36,621 nt of DNA from positions 1 through 36,621 of the forward strand of contig CAWGVS010000009.1 of the NCBI GenBank assembly GCA_963826115.1. Reading direction: 5' to 3'. This DNA comes from an uncultured Candidatus Rokubacteria bacterium (GTDB taxonomy: Bacteria > Methylomirabilota > Methylomirabilia > Rokubacteriales > DASRDR01). Below the pieces are notes generated by a model, which saw only the letters and a program-made list of their open reading frames with translations, was not told where the DNA came from and did not search any database. Below, one piece after another: positions 28,811-36,621 of this stretch. Position 1 is the first letter of the stretch; each line of letters starts with the position of its first letter. The translations under genes and the position numbers were made by a program.

Positions 28811-28854
28811 CGACGGGGCCGCGCCATGGTTCCGACGGAGCCGCGCCATGGTTC
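28811..28854. repeat. 22-bp tandem direct repeat (2 copies, 1 mismatch)
   Basis: CGACGGGGCCGCGCCATGGTTC followed directly by CGACGGAGCCGCGCCATGGTTC. Confidence 0.85.
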
Positions 28855-28922
28855 CCGCGGCGACCGAGGGACGGGGCGAGAAGCTCGAGAAACGTGCTTG
28901 GTGGCCGAGCACGAAAGTCTGC

Positions 28923-29915
28923 ATGCGCTGTCCTAGGCTCAGTGACCTTCCTCCGCCACCGCCCGGCACCAAGGGGTGGCCGTGGACCGCCGAGAGCCGA
29001 GAGCCGCCCGCGCGCGGCCGGCGGGGCGAGGTCCGCCCCCGAATCAGTGTCGTCACGCCGTCCCTCAACCAGGGCCGGTTCATCGAGGCCACCATCCGCT
29101 CCGTCCTCCTCCAGGGCTATCCCGACCTGGAATACTTCGTCCTCGACGGGGGCAGCACGGATGAGACGAGGGGGGTCATCGAGCGGTACGCGCCCTGGCT
29201 CGCCGCCTGGTCGAGCGGCCGCGATGCCGGTCAGAGCGACGCCATCAACCGGGGGTTGCGGCAGGCCTCGGGGGAATTCGCTTGCTGGGTCAACAGCGAC
29301 GATCTCCTCTGCCGGAACGCCCTCGTGCGCCACGCCGTCGAGGTGGGTTTCGACACCGGCGTCGTCCACGCCGGGAGATGCATCCGGATCGACGAGCACG
29401 GCCGGTATCTTTCCATGCATCGGGGCAGCGTCCGGTCGCTCGAGGATCTCTTGCGGCTTGAGAGCGGCTGGCGCGGGGGGCGGCATGTCGTCCAGCCCGA
29501 GGTGCTGTTCCCGAGGCGGCTGGCCCTGGCGGTGGGAGGCCTGGACGTTCACAATCACCGCACGATGGACTACGACCTGTGGGGCCGGCTCCTCCTCGCC
29601 GGCGCGCGCCTCGAGTACACGCCGATTCCTTTCGGCATGTCCCGACGCCACCCGGGCCAGAAGACCCACGACCGGCTGCGGCAGACGGAGTCCCTCGCTG
29701 CGACGGCCCGCATGCTGCTTTCACTTGCGCCAGACTTCTCGGACCGTGTGCGAAGTGAGATCCTGCAGGAGATCGACGGGTATCTCGAAGCGTTTCGGAG
29801 GAGCCCGGTGGAGCGCCCCCGACGCCTGAAGGGGTTCGGCTTGCCCGCCGTTCTCGCTCGCCCGCTCAGGGCGTTCCGACGGCGGCTAGGCGCGCGGCTC
29901 TCCGGCAGCTTCTGA
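28923..29915 (+). CDS. Glycosyltransferase family 2 (WcaE-like)
   Basis: LPPPPPGTKGWPW, ISVVTPSLNQG, DGGSTD, GQSDAINRG, WVNSDD, MDYDLW. Confidence 0.93.
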   Translation: MRCPRLSDLPPPPPGTKGWPWTAESREPPARGRRGEVRPRISVVTPSLNQGRFIEATIRSVLLQGYPDLEYFVLDGGSTDETRGVIERYAPWLAAWSSGRDAGQSDAINRGLRQASGEFACWVNSDDLLCRNALVRHAVEVGFDTGVVHAGRCIRIDEHGRYLSMHRGSVRSLEDLLRLESGWRGGRHVVQPEVLFPRRLALAVGGLDVHNHRTMDYDLWGRLLLAGARLEYTPIPFGMSRRHPGQKTHDRLRQTESLAATARMLLSLAPDFSDRVRSEILQEIDGYLEAFRRSPVERPRRLKGFGLPAVLARPLRAFRRRLGARLSGSF

Positions 29916-29994
29916 CCGTCACGGCACGCCGCGGGCGCGCGGCCGGGCGCGGGCGCGTCTGGCGTCAGGATATGTCGGGGGGCGGTGATCGCCG

Positions 29995-30801
29995 GTGAGA
30001 ACGTTTCTCGTCTCCTACGCGGCCGGGCCGCCGGTCCACCTGCTCAACCAGCGCGCTCTGCTCGACTCGGCGTCCGGCAAGGGATTCGACGTCCTGCTCG
30101 CGTGCGGGCGGTCGGACCTACCGGAGGCGTTCTGGTCGCGCCACCGCCACATCCTGGAGCAGCGGCGGGGCGCCGGGTACTGGCTGTGGAAGCCGTTCCT
30201 GATCCGGGACTGCCTGGGTCGAGCCGACGAGGGGGACCTGGTCGTCTACCTGGATTCGAGCGTGTTCATCCGACGCTCGCTCCGGCCGCTAATCGACGAG
30301 GCCGAGCGTTCACACCTGCTCCTCGCGCGGAACTACCACCTCAACGCTCCGCACGTGAAGCGGGACTGCTTCGTGCTGACCGGGACGGACACGCCGGAGT
30401 GCCACCGCGCGTTCCAGCTGGACGCGTCCTTCCTCGCCATCAGGAACACCGCCACGAACCGCCGCTTCGTGGATGTCTGGCTCGAGTACTGCACGGACGA
30501 TCGGATCGTCACGGACAAGCCGAACGAGTGCGGGCGGCCGAACCTGCCCGAGTTTCGCGCGCACCGGCACGACCAGGCGGTGCTGAGCGTGCTCTACTGG
30601 CGGGAGCGTGGCCGTCTCCCGCACCTGGTTCACGAGGGCGGAGCCCTGGGCGACTACCTGCAGCATCACCGCCGGCGAAGCGCGTGGGTGCCGCTCTCCG
30701 TGTGGCGCCACACGCCGACCGGCATTCGCAGCGCCGCCGTGAAGGGCTGGCGCGGTCTCCGCGGCGGCGTCCGATCGCTGCGGCGGGCACTGGGTAGATG
30801 A
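29995..30801 (+). CDS. Conserved hypothetical protein, putative nucleotide-sugar transferase (GYWLWKP / HRHDQ family)
   Basis: RGAGYWLWKPFLI, VYLDSS, KRDCF, HRHDQAVLS; located among glycosyltransferases. Confidence 0.75.
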   Translation: MRTFLVSYAAGPPVHLLNQRALLDSASGKGFDVLLACGRSDLPEAFWSRHRHILEQRRGAGYWLWKPFLIRDCLGRADEGDLVVYLDSSVFIRRSLRPLIDEAERSHLLLARNYHLNAPHVKRDCFVLTGTDTPECHRAFQLDASFLAIRNTATNRRFVDVWLEYCTDDRIVTDKPNECGRPNLPEFRAHRHDQAVLSVLYWRERGRLPHLVHEGGALGDYLQHHRRRSAWVPLSVWRHTPTGIRSAAVKGWRGLRGGVRSLRRALGR

Positions 30802-31276
30802 CGTCGCACCCAGTCGCCGCTGCACGGCCGGCACCAGGCGGCCGTGCGGCCGGCGAGCCCCTCCCGGCGGATGAACTCGCCCCTGACGGTGACGCCGGGC
30901 TGCGCCCCCAGCGCCGGTGGCACAGCCACGACCGGGGGACCCGGTCGACGTCCGCGCCGACGCGCACCGCCGTGCGGAGCCTGGCGCGCAGGCGGTCGAG
31001 GTCCATGCCCGTGAGCGAGCGGGCCGGGCATCGGGGCGCGAGAACCCTTGACCACTCGCCGCGGCCTAGCTACGCTCAGTCGCTCGGGCGGGCTTCCAGT
31101 CCCGAAGGACCGCACTCGGGGCGCGCGCTGAAGGGGCATGGAAGCGTGGCTGATCTCATTTTGCGGGGGTATTCACACTTCTGGGTTCGCTGCCAGCTCG
31201 GGGGGTAGAATCGCGCGAAACCGACGAGGGACTGGATGATTGTGCCTAGCGGGGGTGTATGGGAGGAATGAGGGCC

Positions 31277-31693
31277 ATGGAGCTGGATGACACCTTCTCG
31301 CTCGCGAACCCACGGGTTGCCGCGAAGATCCTGGACGGCGAGCTCATCGTCATCAATCTCAGCACGGGCTATTACTTTTCATCCACCGGGACCGGTGTCG
31401 CCATCTGGCAGGAGATCGAGGCGGGGGCTTCGCTGCGCCAGGTGGTCGACTCGCTGGTCCGCCGCTACGAAGTCGCGCCCCAGCAGGCCGAATGCGATGC
31501 CCGCGCCTTTCTCGACAAGCTGATGTCCGAGGCCCTGTTGGAGCCAGCCACGGCGGCCCGTTCGCTCGGCACCCACGCGAGCGAGAGCGCAGCCGAGCGG
31601 CTGCCGTACGAGCCTCCTGAACTGCTCAAGTTCGACGACATGGCGGCGCAATTCGCCGTCGACCCTCCGCTGATGATCAAATCGCGCGCCTAG
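31277..31693 (+). CDS. PqqD-family / RiPP recognition element (RRE) protein with C-terminal YxxPxL extension
   Basis: VAAKILDGELIVINLSTGYYFS...GVAIWQEI...LVRRYEVAPQQAECDARAFLDKLMSEALL fits the 3-strand/3-helix RRE pattern. Tail is YEPPELLKFDDMAAQFAVDPPLMIKSRA. Alternative ATGs at 31259 and 31268. Confidence 0.88.
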   Translation: MELDDTFSLANPRVAAKILDGELIVINLSTGYYFSSTGTGVAIWQEIEAGASLRQVVDSLVRRYEVAPQQAECDARAFLDKLMSEALLEPATAARSLGTHASESAAERLPYEPPELLKFDDMAAQFAVDPPLMIKSRA

Positions 31694-31704
31694 GAGGCGG
31701 GAGC

Positions 31705-32472
31705 GTGGATCGGAGCGGACCGGCGGGCGCTTCCGGCGCAAGACTGGTCTCCTGCATCCTCCCGGTTCTCAACGGCGAGCGCTTCTTGGCGCAGGCGCTC
31801 GCCTCGATCCTGAGTCAGGACGTCGCGGTGCTGGACGTCATCGTGGTCGACGACGGCTCGACCGACCGCTCGGCGGAGATCGCGCGCGGCTTCCCAGGTT
31901 TGCGCCTCCACCGCCAGGCTAACGGCGGCGTCGCCGCCGCCCGCAACACCGGACTGAGGCTGGCCCGCGGCGAGCTGATCGCCTTCCTCGATGCCGATGA
32001 CCTCTGGTTGCCGGGCAAGCTCGCCAAGCAGATCCGGCTGCTCGAAATGCGCCCCGAGGTCGACCTCTGTCTCTGCATGGTTCGCCATGTCCGCATGCGC
32101 GAGGACGAGCCGGCGCACGATGCGACCGCCCTGGACGAGCGGCCGCGGGTCGGACGCCTGGCTCAATGCATGCTCGCGCGGCGACGCGCGGTCGAGCGAG
32201 TGGGCCCCTTCGACAGCGGCACGGTCACGCGGGCTGACCAGGATTGGTTCCTGCGCGCCCGCGAGCTCGGCCTCGTGGAGGCAGTCCTGCCCGATGTCCT
32301 GGTTCACCGCCGAATCCATGGGGCCAGCCACACCATCGTCCATGACGATGCCGTGCCCGGCGATTTCCTGACCATCGCGAAGCGGGCCCTCGACCGCCGA
32401 CGGCGCCAAGGCCGCTCCTTGATCGCGGCTGAACGGTGGACGGCAGGTCCCGCCGGGAGCGCGGATCGATGA
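31705..32472 (+). CDS. Glycosyltransferase family 2
   Basis: VSCILPVLNGE, VVDDGSTD, NGGVAAARNTG, AFLDADD, DQDWF, RRIHG; GGAGG upstream. Confidence 0.94.
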   Translation: MDRSGPAGASGARLVSCILPVLNGERFLAQALASILSQDVAVLDVIVVDDGSTDRSAEIARGFPGLRLHRQANGGVAAARNTGLRLARGELIAFLDADDLWLPGKLAKQIRLLEMRPEVDLCLCMVRHVRMREDEPAHDATALDERPRVGRLAQCMLARRRAVERVGPFDSGTVTRADQDWFLRARELGLVEAVLPDVLVHRRIHGASHTIVHDDAVPGDFLTIAKRALDRRRRQGRSLIAAERWTAGPAGSADR

Positions 32473-33545
32473 CCGCCCTGGCCGCCACGGCGGGGAATCT
32501 TGATCTCGACCGGCGCCTGCGTGACGCCTTCGAGGAAGCGCTGGCGGCGGCACGGACGCGGGCGCGGACGGTCACGATCGCTTTCGTGCTGGCAGACGTA
32601 CCGGTGTCTCTCAGTGTCACGGGCGAGGTCCTAGCCGAGCGCCTGGTCCGTCCCTTTCGCCATCTCGTGCTCGCTCCCGGCGCGGCCAGGTCGGTGCAAG
32701 CCTTGACGATCGAGGCCTGGAGCCAGGCCGAGACCGGCATTGCCCCGCCCGCGTTCCCCGCCGGGCTGCGTGCCTACTCGGCCAGCGGCAACGTCTGCTA
32801 CCGCAACCAGCCGGGTGACCGCGCGCTTGCCGATCGCCAGGCCGGGCGCGTCCTGGCGGGTTTCGAGGGCCCCGCGAGCCTGTCCTACAGCAACCTGGCG
32901 AAGCCGTTCCGAAGCCTGTTGATTCCGATGCTACACGACCGCGGGCGCCAGTCCATTCACGGCGGGATGGTGGTTTCACGGCCGGGCGGCCCCGGGCTGC
33001 TCTTGGCCGGACGCAGCGGCAGTGGCAAGTCCACGGTGGCGCTATCGGCGCTGGCCGGCGGCTTCGGCTTCCTGGGCGACGACCATCTCTGTGTCGGACG
33101 CGATGGTGATCCTTTCACCGTCCATTCGCTGTATGCCACCTGTGGCATCGCCCACGATCATCTTGCCAAGTTTGCGCACCTGCCAGGCTCCGTGACGAGG
33201 GGGCCGGATCGCGACAAATGCGTCGTCCTCCTGTCGCCCGAGGCACTGCCGCGCCTCGTTCGCTCGGCGACGATCGGAGCGATCGTCGTGCCCGTTATCC
33301 GTCCCGACGGGCCGACGCGGGTCCGGGAGGCGAGCCGTGGCGAGGCGATGCGGGCGCTCATGCCTGGCTCGATCTCGCCCCGACTCCTCACGGCGGAGGC
33401 CTCACGCTACCGGCAATTCGAGAGTATGGCCGTGCTCGCCGCGCAACTCCCCACGTTCCGGCTCGAGCTCGGACCGGACCTCGACACCATTGCCCCGGCC
33501 CTCCGTGAATTGGCTGCAGGCCTGCCGGGGTCCGCGGCCGGGTAA
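32469..33545 (+). CDS. HPr kinase-related P-loop kinase (as in PadeK-type lasso peptide kinases)
   Basis: IHGG, Walker A GRSGSGKST, FLGDD; lacks the HprK N-terminal domain; ATGA overlap with the GT2. Confidence 0.85.
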   Translation: MTALAATAGNLDLDRRLRDAFEEALAAARTRARTVTIAFVLADVPVSLSVTGEVLAERLVRPFRHLVLAPGAARSVQALTIEAWSQAETGIAPPAFPAGLRAYSASGNVCYRNQPGDRALADRQAGRVLAGFEGPASLSYSNLAKPFRSLLIPMLHDRGRQSIHGGMVVSRPGGPGLLLAGRSGSGKSTVALSALAGGFGFLGDDHLCVGRDGDPFTVHSLYATCGIAHDHLAKFAHLPGSVTRGPDRDKCVVLLSPEALPRLVRSATIGAIVVPVIRPDGPTRVREASRGEAMRALMPGSISPRLLTAEASRYRQFESMAVLAAQLPTFRLELGPDLDTIAPALRELAAGLPGSAAG

Positions 33546-33549
33546 CGCG

Positions 33550-34773
33550 GTGCGGAGCCTGCCCGCCGGGCTGCCCGATCTCGCCGCGTATGGCTGCGTG
33601 CCCGACCGCGACACGATCGAGCTATTGCGTGCGCTGGTTCTCGGCGAGCCCCTGAGCGATTCGGCGCGCGCCGTCGTCGAAGTCGCCTGCGCCGACGGTG
33701 TCGATCGCGGCCTGGTCCGTCTGCTACCCCTGTTGCATGGCCATCCCGGTGTCGCCGAGCTCGATCCGCGACTTCGCCGACGCATCGAACAGGAACATCG
33801 CCTGGCCAGCCTGCGCTTTGTCGTCCTGGACCGCACCGCGCGCCGCCTGGTCGAGACGCTGCGGCCCGCAGGTATCGTGCCTCTGTTCCTCAAGGGTTAT
33901 CCGCTGGCGTGCCGAGTCTATGCCTCACCGGCGCTGAGGCCGATGCGCGATCTCGATCTGGCGGTCGGCGTTGGGCAGTTCGAGCCGGCTTGCGACCTGC
34001 TGCGCGAGCTGGGATTTCGGGAGAAGGTCGACCGGCCGATGAGTTTGGGGCCCGGCCGGCATGCGGCAACCTTCAGTCATGAGGTGGGCGCGCAGATCGT
34101 CGACCTCCACCAATTCGTCCTTGCCTCCTCGCGCTGGGCCGGGGCGGACGAGGGATTCTGGGCGCGGAGCGAGACCCTGCCGATGGGTGACGCTCGCGCT
34201 CTGACGTTGGCCGCCGAGGACCACGTGCTGCTCAGCTGCCTGCACGGCTATGCGCGCCACCCCGCGCAATCGCCGTTCCGCTGGATCGTCGATGCCTGCT
34301 CACTGCTTGCGCGCGCCGGCGAGGGCTTCCGCTGGGAGGCCCTGCTCGCCGAATCCGAACGGCAGCGTTGCGAGGGCGTGCTCGCGGCCGCACTGGGCTT
34401 CCTGTCTCGTCATCTCGACGCGCCGGTGCCTGTCGCAGTTCTGACGCGACTGGCGGCGGCGCCGCCTCGGCCCCACGACGAGGCGTATTTCCGGATACAT
34501 GGGCGGCTCGAATCGCCCTCGCTGGCAATGCGCATGCGCGCCCTCTGGGCGGGCTACCGCCGCCACGAGAACGGGGCTCCGCCCGGGCCTCTGGCGATCG
34601 CGCGCTGGCTCGGCCGGCGCTGGGGGAGCCGGTCAATTCCGGAGACTCTACTGGAGGGCCTGCGGCGCTTCCCCCGCGCCAAGACGGATCGCGCCAAGCA
34701 GAAGCGAGGCGCCGAGGTCACCGCGCACACCCGACGTCTCGGGAAGGCCCTGGCGGCGAAGCGCCCGCCGTGA
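33550..34773 (+). CDS. Nucleotidyltransferase family protein (NTP_transf_5-like)
   Basis: FLKGYPLA..VY.SPALRPMRDLDL, VDLH, EDHVL..CLHG, RWIVDA. Confidence 0.88.
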   Translation: MRSLPAGLPDLAAYGCVPDRDTIELLRALVLGEPLSDSARAVVEVACADGVDRGLVRLLPLLHGHPGVAELDPRLRRRIEQEHRLASLRFVVLDRTARRLVETLRPAGIVPLFLKGYPLACRVYASPALRPMRDLDLAVGVGQFEPACDLLRELGFREKVDRPMSLGPGRHAATFSHEVGAQIVDLHQFVLASSRWAGADEGFWARSETLPMGDARALTLAAEDHVLLSCLHGYARHPAQSPFRWIVDACSLLARAGEGFRWEALLAESERQRCEGVLAAALGFLSRHLDAPVPVAVLTRLAAAPPRPHDEAYFRIHGRLESPSLAMRMRALWAGYRRHENGAPPGPLAIARWLGRRWGSRSIPETLLEGLRRFPRAKTDRAKQKRGAEVTAHTRRLGKALAAKRPP

Positions 34774-35912
34774 TCCCCACCGGCCCCTCGATTCATCTCC
34801 GGGACGTGCTGGCCCACGAGTTCCGGCCGCCGGAGGTCTCGAGCGAGGAAGCCGACCTCCTGCGCGCCTGCGTGGCGCTGCCCGTCGAAGCCGACGAAGC
34901 ATGGCGCCGCTGCGTCGACCGCCTGATCCTCAAGTCCCAACGGGCTTCGAGCGACGAGCCCGCCTTTCCGCCAACGGTCCGCGCGCTTCTGCCGCTGCTC
35001 GTCGACCGTAGGACGCCGTCCGAGACCCCTCTGCCGGCCGGGCTCGCCAGTCGGCTGCGCGCCGCCCGCACCATCGAGCTCCACCGCAACGAGGCATTGC
35101 GAGCGATCGCCGCCGCCGTTCTCGGGCATCCGGACGTCGCCCGTGGTCGACCCGTGTTGCTGGGTGGCGTGGCCCTGGCAGATGGCGTCTGGCCCGAGCC
35201 GAGGCTGCGCCACACCAGCCGGCTTGACGTGCTTCTACCGTCGGCGCGCGCGGCCCGGCGAGCGGGGATGGCCCTCGCGGAGGCCGGGCTGGTCGGCGCC
35301 CCACGCCGCGGCGATTGGGTCGGCGCCGCAATGCGGTTGCGCCACCCGAGCGGCATGGCGGTCATCCTCCATGGAGGTGTCTACTCGGCGCTGGTGTTCC
35401 GCCTGAGCTATGACCGGCTGATGGCTCACGCGGTGGCCGGCGTGGTGAACGGCGTCGAGGTCTTGCGGTGTGGTCCGTCCGCTTGCTTCACGCTGACCAC
35501 CATCGCCGCGTTGCGCCATTCCGCCGGAGCCAGCTTGCTCTGGCTGGCCGACGCGGTCTTCCTGCTCCGCCGCGCGGCCGATGAGATCGCCGATGGCGAG
35601 CTCGCGTCCGGGGGGCCGCTGGTGGCGCGGCTCGCCGCCAGGCAAGTCGTGTGCCGGGCTGCCGAGATCGATTCGGCCTTGACCACTGATCCCGCGGTTG
35701 CCCGCCTAGCGAACCCGTCTTTGGCGGCCGAGACGCCGGAGAGTCTCATGGCGGCGTTGCGCCGCTTGCGCCAGGCCGTGGCCGCCGTCCCCGGTCGCCG
35801 CGCGCGGCTCGGCTGGCTCTACCGGCTCGTACCGCCTCACCTGGCAACTCGGCTTCGTCGACGGCTCGCGTCCGGTCGGGTCACCGCGCGACCGCCCTAT
35901 CAGGGCATGTAG
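34770..35912 (+). CDS. Second, degenerate nucleotidyltransferase family protein
   Basis: LLGGVALADGVWPEPRLRHTSRLDVLL aligns with LKG..LA...Y..P.LR...DLD; also VILH and WLADA; GTGA overlap with the first copy. Confidence 0.75.
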   Translation: MIPTGPSIHLRDVLAHEFRPPEVSSEEADLLRACVALPVEADEAWRRCVDRLILKSQRASSDEPAFPPTVRALLPLLVDRRTPSETPLPAGLASRLRAARTIELHRNEALRAIAAAVLGHPDVARGRPVLLGGVALADGVWPEPRLRHTSRLDVLLPSARAARRAGMALAEAGLVGAPRRGDWVGAAMRLRHPSGMAVILHGGVYSALVFRLSYDRLMAHAVAGVVNGVEVLRCGPSACFTLTTIAALRHSAGASLLWLADAVFLLRRAADEIADGELASGGPLVARLAARQVVCRAAEIDSALTTDPAVARLANPSLAAETPESLMAALRRLRQAVAAVPGRRARLGWLYRLVPPHLATRLRRRLASGRVTARPPYQGM

Positions 35913-36607
35913 CGGGCAATCCAGGGCGCCTGCTGACGTACCAGTGCCATGTGCGGCTTGTAGACGCCGGGGAAAAAGACGATGCGGCTGTCGAGGGGCA
36001 GATCAAGCGCGCAGTCCAGCGTGAAGTGCAGCACGCCGTCGACCCTGGTCCAGACCGGCTCCGCGCCCCCGAGAACATGGGCGATCCACGACTGGTCAGT
36101 TCCCTTGTAACCGGCGGCGCGCGCCAACGCGGGGCTCCGCGCGGGGTCGAAGCTGGTCCAGACCTCCACCCGGGCGCCGGCGTCCATCATCACCATGGAT
36201 CCGTTGTAGGGCGTGCCCACGACCGAGTCCGAACGGTAGAAAACCGCAGGTTCGGCGCGCTCGAAGAGCGGGTCGAGCGGCCCGACGACGATGCTGTCAA
36301 GATCGATCCAGACGAAGCGTGGGCCAATCAGCTCGCGCATCTCGGGCGCGAAGGCCTTCAGCCGGCACCAGCACCCGCCGAGCTCGCGCCCTTCGGGCCA
36401 GAGCGGGACGACGCGAATCGCGCTCGAAAGGCCCCGACCATCGTCCGTGATACAGACGACGTCATGCGGGATCGAAAGATAGCGCTGCAGCTCGACCACC
36501 TTGCGGTTCACCGCCTCCGCGGAGTAATCGAACAGGATGTGGCGCTTGCGTTGGTCCCGCCATTTCCACAACACGACTTGCAGACGATCGGCGCCACTGC
36601 CCGCCAC
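35900..36607 (-). CDS. Putative GT-A fold glycosyltransferase (DxD)
   Basis: VCITDD, CWCRLKAF, WIDLDSIV, YNGSM, GTDQSWI, IVFFPG.YKP; GGGAGGG precedes GTG 36607; convergent 13-bp overlap with the preceding gene. Confidence 0.8.
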   Translation of the reverse strand: MAGSGADRLQVVLWKWRDQRKRHILFDYSAEAVNRKVVELQRYLSIPHDVVCITDDGRGLSSAIRVVPLWPEGRELGGCWCRLKAFAPEMRELIGPRFVWIDLDSIVVGPLDPLFERAEPAVFYRSDSVVGTPYNGSMVMMDAGARVEVWTSFDPARSPALARAAGYKGTDQSWIAHVLGGAEPVWTRVDGVLHFTLDCALDLPLDSRIVFFPGVYKPHMALVRQQAPWIARYMP

Positions 36608-36621
36608 ACCCGTCCCTCCCG

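Noticed and set aside
30798-31208. 136-aa ORF between the GT-like gene and the RRE gene
   Set aside because: Arg/Pro/Ala-rich with no motif and weak codon bias; more likely intergenic or promoter DNA.
31277-31693. PQQ biosynthesis (pqqD)
   Set aside because: No pqqA, B, C or E nearby; the neighbours are a kinase, NTases and GTs.
32469-33545. True HPr kinase/phosphorylase (hprK)
   Set aside because: Only the P-loop and DD motif are shared; no N-terminal HprK domain and no PTS genes nearby.
30802-35912. Complete lasso peptide cluster
   Set aside because: No cyclase, B2 peptidase or canonical precursor found in the window.
1-36621. CRISPR array, tRNA, rRNA, integrase or transposase
   Set aside because: No regularly spaced repeats or recognisable RNA gene or recombinase motifs seen by eye; a covariance-model scan was not possible.

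Overview
Very GC-rich bacterial DNA. The sigma54-AAA/cyclase-like/ATPase/TPR regulator and the gene content resemble Candidatus Rokubacteria (Methylomirabilota), but that assignment is inference only. Four blocks are visible. (1) 253-8782: an envelope-modification cluster with two GT-C (ArnT/PMT-like) membrane glycosyltransferases, two membrane-anchored SGNH proteins, an SxtJ-like protein, a NodU/CmcH carbamoyltransferase, a Kelch protein and a 59-aa DUF5989/SxtK-like peptide missed by the ORF track. The peptide ends in FIYTLF, matching the DltX-type tyrosine acyl-shuttle motif. (2) 9.0-18.9 kb: stress and ion-homeostasis genes (LemA, CBS, SodC, PAP2, CPA1 antiporter, YjdI/YjdJ-like pair, OsmC, DUF421, K+ channel, tandem MazG-like, amidohydrolase). 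(3) 19-28.6 kb: a large frameshifted regulator, a deletion or chimera junction, an enolase-family dehydratase, a methyltransferase, a scar of gene fragments and a lipase. (4) 28.9-36.6 kb: a glycosyltransferase region containing an operon of a PqqD/RRE protein with its own lasso-leader-like YxxPxL tail, a GT2, an HprK-like kinase and two nucleotidyltransferases, with no lasso cyclase or peptidase in the window. Blocks 1 and 4 are the best candidates for undescribed systems. No rRNA, tRNA, CRISPR array or intact mobile element was seen. All family calls come from motif recognition by eye, not database searches.
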